In this document: positions 7,623 to 12,595 of the stretch, one piece after another
How the letters are laid out: each line of letters starts with the position of its first letter
Position numbering within the stretch: position 1 is the first letter of the stretch
NCBI RefSeq assembly: GCF_006345805.1
Contig: NW_021826558.1
Coordinates: 1 to 12,595 of the forward strand
DNA: 12,595 nt
Direction of reading: 5' to 3'
From: Octopus sinensis
Lineage: Eukaryota
Program-made: the position numbers and the translations under genes
Notes under the pieces: model-generated
What the model saw: only the letters and a program-made list of their open reading frames with translations
What the model was told of the DNA's origin: nothing
The model's database searches: none

Positions 7623-7931
7623 CATTTTGGATTTGGTTTGCAAGATTCATTATGTGAGTTCGTGTGTTGAAGCATATTCTGTTGTGTCTGGAGAGAGTCA
7701 TTCTCTTTTTTGTGCCTTATAATTTAACACACCAGCTTGTAAATTTTCCCCTCATTTACTGTTTTTTTAAATAAATTTTCGTTGCATCTTGCAACCGTTT
7801 TAATAGTTTCGAGTCAAAACTATTAAAAAGGTTTAGAAGAATAATTAAAAAGGAAATATGTCAAAATTTTACCGGTGTGTGTGTTAAATTATACGCCACC
7901 AAAAGAGAATGAATCTCCCTAGACACAACAG
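7621..7931. repeat. Foldback: two head-to-head copies of one interspersed repeat, paired over 7679-7931 and centred on GAGTC (7811-7815)
   Basis: 7679-7730 versus the reverse complement of 7881-7931 gives 45 of 52 matching columns. The inner AACCGTTTTAATAGTTTC / AAAACTATTAAAAAGGTT block matches 16 of 18. The right arm is ~16 nt shorter and the left arm extends further, to about 7621. Confidence 0.9.
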
Positions 7932-8153
7932 TACAATATATATATATATATATAAATCTATATTATAGATATATGTGTGTGTGTGTGAATATATACATTA
8001 TATGTACATCTATACATATCTATATCTATCTATCTATTTACAAAATTTATATTCAGAAGAATATGGTACTTAAACTGAGGTACCAGAATTTAGTACGGTA
8101 TAAGCCATACAATTTCAAAGTAAGGTGATTAAACAAGCTTCTTACCACACAGT

Positions 8154-8206
8154 CATGCCACTATCAAATGAACGAAACAAGCAAAAGAATAAAAGTATAA
8201 AAGAAT
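8154..8206 (+). mobile_element. Decayed SINE/LINE 3' tail
   Basis: CATGCCACTATCAAATGAACGAAACAAGCAAAAGAATAAAAG resembles the recalled tail CATGGCCGCAGTCAAATGACTGAAACAAGTAAAAGAATAAAAG and the inverted copies at 8876-8930 and 9950-10042. Confidence 0.55.
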
Positions 8207-8875
8207 ATATATATATGTATATTATATATATATTCATATATACATATATATATATTTGTGTATGTATGTATGTCTATTTGTGTGCGTGCGTTTCTGTGTG
8301 TGTATGCGTAGCACTTGAATTCCGCGTCTTTTCCGCTCCATTTACTCTCTGGCAAGTTTTTTTTTCACACTAAATTTACTTCCACTCTATTTTGTTCAAC
8401 GATTTGTGTTTTCTCTTCCACCATATTAAATCAACCGACAAAAAGCGAGAATTTCAAATATACTGTATTTTAAACATTAATATTTCTAGTTCAAATAACA
8501 ATAACATTAAAAAATAACATAACAATTTTATTTCACTTATATATGAACTAACGCCGAACAAAACACCAGAAATATACAGAGGTTTTGTTTTTAATCATAC
8601 GTCTCCATTAGCAACAAAATAATTAACAAAGTACACAGTTCAGATTGTGATATCCGAGGTGAGAAGCGTAAGTATTTTTTTCATAAAATAGGACTACTTC
8701 AAATTCATTTTTTCTCGTCGTCAGATTTTAAAAAAACATGGGGGTGGTGTTCTTAAAAGTATTTTAAAGAAGCAATTAATACTGGGTAATAGAGATTTAC
8801 CCTCGTGTGTTAATTGTCCCCAGTTTAGGAGACCTGACTAAATGTATATATGCATGGAATCTTTACTTCTTGTAC

Positions 8876-8930
8876 TCTTTTAATTGATTCAGTGATTAGA
8901 CTGCGAACAAGCTGGAGTACTGCCTTGAAG
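8876..8930 (-). mobile_element. Decayed SINE/LINE 3' tail
   Basis: TTCAGTGATTAGACTGCGAACAAGCTGGAGTACTGCCTTGAAG aligns with 9981-10023 (TTCAGTTCTTGGATTGCGGCCATGCCGGAGCACACTCTTGAAG). Confidence 0.6.
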
Positions 8931-9378
8931 AGTACACAGAACTGTTTGATTAAATGAATGGGGTTTTTTTGTCTTTTATTCCGATATTCCTCTTTTTTTC
9001 CTTTATTTTTCTTCTTGCCAGTTGTCAACTTAAAAATTAAAGACTAATGATGTCATTCCGTCAACATGGGAACACAGGTTGCCCTCGTTCAAATATTTTG
9101 AATTTGAATTTCTATAATTTTGAATTTCTATTTATCACTTTTCATTTCGAACTCGACAAAGACGGGCAAGCTGTCGTAATATCGTTCAACCAATAAAACA
9201 TGTATTGCAATCGCATCGCGTTCTTCGTATTGTCTATTTACAACAACAATAATAATAATAATATTGTGCAAAACGAAATATATGGCACTCCAATCATAAT
9301 TTGAACTTATAACTTGTCTCTTGCGGTTTCTGGGTGAGACTTGGAGCCAACTTTTACAAAAATCAAACATATAATAAT

Positions 9379-9503
9379 CCTTTCTACTATAGGCACAAGG
9401 CCTGGAATTTGAGGGGAGGCGGTTACTGGTACTTAATTTATCCACCCCGAAAGGATGAAAGGTATAGTCGACCACGGCGGAATTTGAACTCAGCTCACCG
9501 ACT
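9379..9503 (-). mobile_element. tRNA-derived SINE with exact 16-bp TSD, apparently internally deleted
   Basis: TCAAACATATAATAAT flanks it at 9363-9378 and 9504-9519. Minus strand: AGTCGGTGAGCTG-AGTTCAAATTCC (B box)-GCCGTGGTCGAC...AAGTACCAG...CAGGCCTTGTGCCTATAGTAGAAAGG then (ATT)n. Confidence 0.9.
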
Positions 9504-9949
9504 TCAAACATATAATAATAATAGTATATATTGAATGAATTTACACTCCAAAAGGATATACGTAAATATCTCTGTCAACGTGGAAAGTTTACAGACCCAA
9601 TATAAAACTGTCATGTCCACGGTGCACAATGAGATGAGAAGCGTTTCAAATAAGTCTTGGTTACGACAGCCAGAAATCATGTAACAAAAAGCCTGTTAAG
9701 GATCTTTACACTCGTATAAATCAAGTTTATTGTCCTCGCTCAATTTCTTGTGTTCCCATTAGAACTAAAAATTACCAAACATTTAGTAAATATTCAAATA
9801 AGCTCTCTCAGCGATGGCAATAATGGTGTATTGATCTGCAAAATTGGTCACTAAGAACTAATTGGTTCTTCTCTAAATACAATCAGTAAATTCCAGCAAG
9901 GTAATTTTCTGACGGTTCACCTGGGCCTTCTTTAATGAAATAACATTCG

Positions 9950-10042
9950 TTTTATCGTTTATCTTTTACCTTCTGTTTGTTTCAGTTCTTGGATTGCGGC
10001 CATGCCGGAGCACACTCTTGAAGGGTTTCCGTCGAACAATCG
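9950..10042 (-). mobile_element. SINE/LINE 3' part
   Basis: TTTATCTTTTACC...TTGTTTCAGTTCTTGGATTGCGGCCATGCCGGAGCAC...GTCGAACAATCG; same family as 8876-8930 and 8154-8206. Confidence 0.7.
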
Positions 10043-10504
10043 TATCTGCTGCTTACGCTGTTTCATTAAGTTGGAATCTCCTTGTGGATTAGTTACAAAG
10101 ACTACTTGAAGAGTAATTTGCATATTCCCATGTAAATATGAAAAATTGGAGTTGCTACTACAAGAAGAGAAAAATATAGGCAATGTGACTTTGAAACTGT
10201 TTTAAAGACAATCGACAGCATTAAAAAGGTAAAAGTTGAAACAAGGCGCAAGGAGAGGAAACCCAATAATATAAGACTATTTTAGACTTTCTGATTGTGA
10301 TCAGAACTACTCAGAGTTATATGAAAGAAAGCTTGTTGACAATAGAACGGTGTTTCCATGAAAGACAACATAAAACTCAGAACATGCCAAGACAATAAGG
10401 CAAGACGGTAAAAGGCATTTAAAAGGCGGCTAATTGATGAGATGTACGCGTTTTAGTGGCTACGAAATTTTAAGTGTGTTGAACTAAGTCAAACAGTTAT
10501 TAAA

Positions 10505-10553
<49 letters not shown>

Positions 10554-10570
10554 GTGTGTGTGTGTGTGTG
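10505..10570. repeat. (TG)n microsatellite
   Basis: Direct reading. Confidence 0.97.
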
Positions 10571-10950
10571 GTTTTCTTCTGGTTTTAATTAATTAAATTC
10601 TTCCTCTGAGGAAGGAGATTGATTCTGACAAAGATCGAATCCCCATCGTTGGAATGACGATAAAGAGAAAACAATATCACATTTTAAACTTGGGAAATGT
10701 TTTGCATAAATATACTGTTCCACTTACAGTTTGTATTTGTAATGTGCGAATCAGTTGGTTGATTACTTTTTCAGATTATCACAGACACATACGCAGGAAA
10801 CTCAAGCGTACGAGGTTTTTATTGGTATCAATAACAGTTTATAATCTGGATAGAGAAGCGGCTGGATTTGATGGAGATGTCCATAGTTACGCTCTTTCAA
10901 TTTGGATTTCAAAAAGATACTGACATCAGCTGGACAGCTGATCTCTACCA

Positions 10951-10966
10951 TATGCATGCATGTATG

Positions 10967-11002
<36 letters not shown>

Positions 11003-11327
11003 TGTATGTATGTATGTATGTATGTATTATGTATGTATGTATGTATGTAGGTATGCATGCATGCATGTATGTATATATGTATGTATGTATGTAGGTATGC
11101 ATGCATGCATGCATGTATGTATATATGTATGTATGTATGTATGTAGTATGTATGTATGTAAGTTATTGTATGTTATTTCTTGCCAATAGCGACAGATTTG
11201 GGTTCTAACCTTGATCCAAGGCTCCTCCATAGGAATGTCAACATCAATAACAGGTTATTTTTGTATGTATGCATGTATGTATGCATGTATGTATGTATGT
11301 ATGTATGTATGTATGTATGTATGTATA
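10951..11327. repeat. (TATG)n/(CATG)n array interrupted by a unique insert at 11174-11259
   Basis: Direct reading. Confidence 0.95.
11174..11259 (-). mobile_element. Probable 5'-truncated non-LTR retrotransposon 3' end with (CATA)n tail
   Basis: Minus strand ATAACCTGTTATTGATGTTGACATTCCTATGGAGGAGCCTTGGATCAAGGTTAGAACCCAAATCTGTCGCTATTGGCAAGAAATAA runs into (CATA)n, and the same repeat lies on the other flank. Resembles a recalled octopus LINE 3' end; unverified. Confidence 0.55.
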
Positions 11328-11641
11328 TAAGTGCGTGGGTGTATATATTTATGTAATTATGTTCCTATTCTCGTGCATATAATTGCATATGTAGACATGC
11401 TCATATATATTTAAATATTGAACATCTGGAAAATTTTACAGATTTTTATAGTTCCAGTGAATGGATTGGATCTATAGACTTCGAAATATCTTTCTCCCTT
11501 CCGGTTTTGAGACGCCTAATTTCTCAACATTGGTATTTAGATAGTGTGTTAAATATCTCAGGGCCCTAACAAATACGGATATCAAGCTGCACTTGTAAAC
11601 TCTATGTATGTATGTGTGTATGTATGTGTGTATGTATGCAT

Positions 11642-11781
11642 GGAATTATGGATTTATGTCCAAGAAGTTCCTGATTATGAATTTGTCTTGCAGAGCACTA
11701 AAATCACTTTTCGGCGGGAGCAGATATAACATACATACATACATACATAAATACATACATACATACATGGAGCAGATATAA
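11642..11781 (+). mobile_element. Unique 88-bp segment ending GGAGCAGATATAA-(CATA)n, with a second 13-bp copy of its end at 11769-11781
   Basis: GGAGCAGATATAACATACATACAT occurs at 11717 and 11769. The retroposon interpretation is inference. Confidence 0.4.
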
Positions 11782-12200
11782 CATACATACATGCATGCAT
11801 GCATGCATAAATACATACATACATACATGCATGCATACATACATAAATACATACATACTAACATACATATATACATACATACGTACGTACAACATACATA
11901 CATACATACATACTTACATACATACGTACGTACATTCATACATACATACATACTAACATACATACATACATGCATACATACGTACTTACGTACATACATA
12001 CATACATGCATGCATACATACATAAATACATACATACATACATACAAATGTACATATACATACACACACAAAAACACACACACAGACGCATACATACATA
12101 CACACATACATATATATATATATACAGATATATAGGCATATACTTATATATACACATACATATCTATATCTATCCATCTATCTATCTATCTATCTATCTA

Positions 12201-12246
<46 letters not shown>

Positions 12247-12421
12247 CTATCTATCTACAATCTAATATATCCCCCCTCTCTCTATTATATATACATATGT
12301 GTATATATATACATAGTGTATATATATATTATATATCTATATAATATATATATATATATATACACATATGTATATATTATATGTGTGTGTTTGTATATCA
12401 CACACACACATAAATACATAT
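11730..12421. repeat. Compound (CATA)n/(CATG)n/(ATCT)n/(TA)n/(CA)n microsatellite
   Basis: Direct reading. Confidence 0.95.
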
Positions 12422-12595
12422 TTGCGCGTGAGTGTTCCAGTGTTCGCATTTGTTTCTTATAATACCTCATTCACGAGCTAGCAGATCTGTTCGCCATATT
12501 AATACCGTTCTTATAGAATATAAATTCGTTTCATATTTTCCCCGAAGAAAATGATATTTTGGTATTCATATACAGATTTACCAATTTACTCTTCT

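Noticed and set aside
10434-10472. TTGATGA...GAAA hammerhead-like spacing
   Set aside because: No coherent helix II adjoining the core, and no helix I or III.
10925-10942. Palindrome ATCAGCTG-GA-CAGCTGAT, and similar small hairpins at 1482-1500 and near 10601-10616
   Set aside because: Isolated 6-8 bp stems with no supporting context.
1-12595. CRISPR arrays, rRNA, operons or other prokaryotic systems
   Set aside because: No regularly spaced repeat-spacer units and no gene-dense coding sequence; the composition is that of a repeat-rich animal genome.

Overview
AT-rich, microsatellite-saturated eukaryotic non-coding DNA (intergenic or intronic). No intact protein-coding gene is supported. Almost all ORFs in the track are translations of (ATCT)n, (TATG)n, (TG)n, (TA)n or trinucleotide repeats. 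The interspersed repeats resemble those I recall from octopus genomes; this host assignment is inference and was not checked against a database. Supported content: (1) a complete 414-bp non-autonomous DNA transposon (24-bp perfect TIRs, 6-bp TSD, internal TTAGGG/G-quadruplex motif) and a second one-ended copy; (2) a decayed R4/Dong-like (RLE-type) non-LTR retrotransposon fragment; (3) the 3' end of a mariner element; (4) several tRNA-derived SINE pieces, one with an exact 16-bp TSD; (5) two clear and one weaker degenerate minimal type I hammerhead-ribozyme motifs, probably Penelope-like terminal-repeat relics; (6) a ~250-bp foldback next to them; (7) short unique tags embedded in tetranucleotide arrays, which suggest microsatellite-targeting retroposons. 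Family names rest on recalled consensus sequences and need Dfam/Repbase confirmation.
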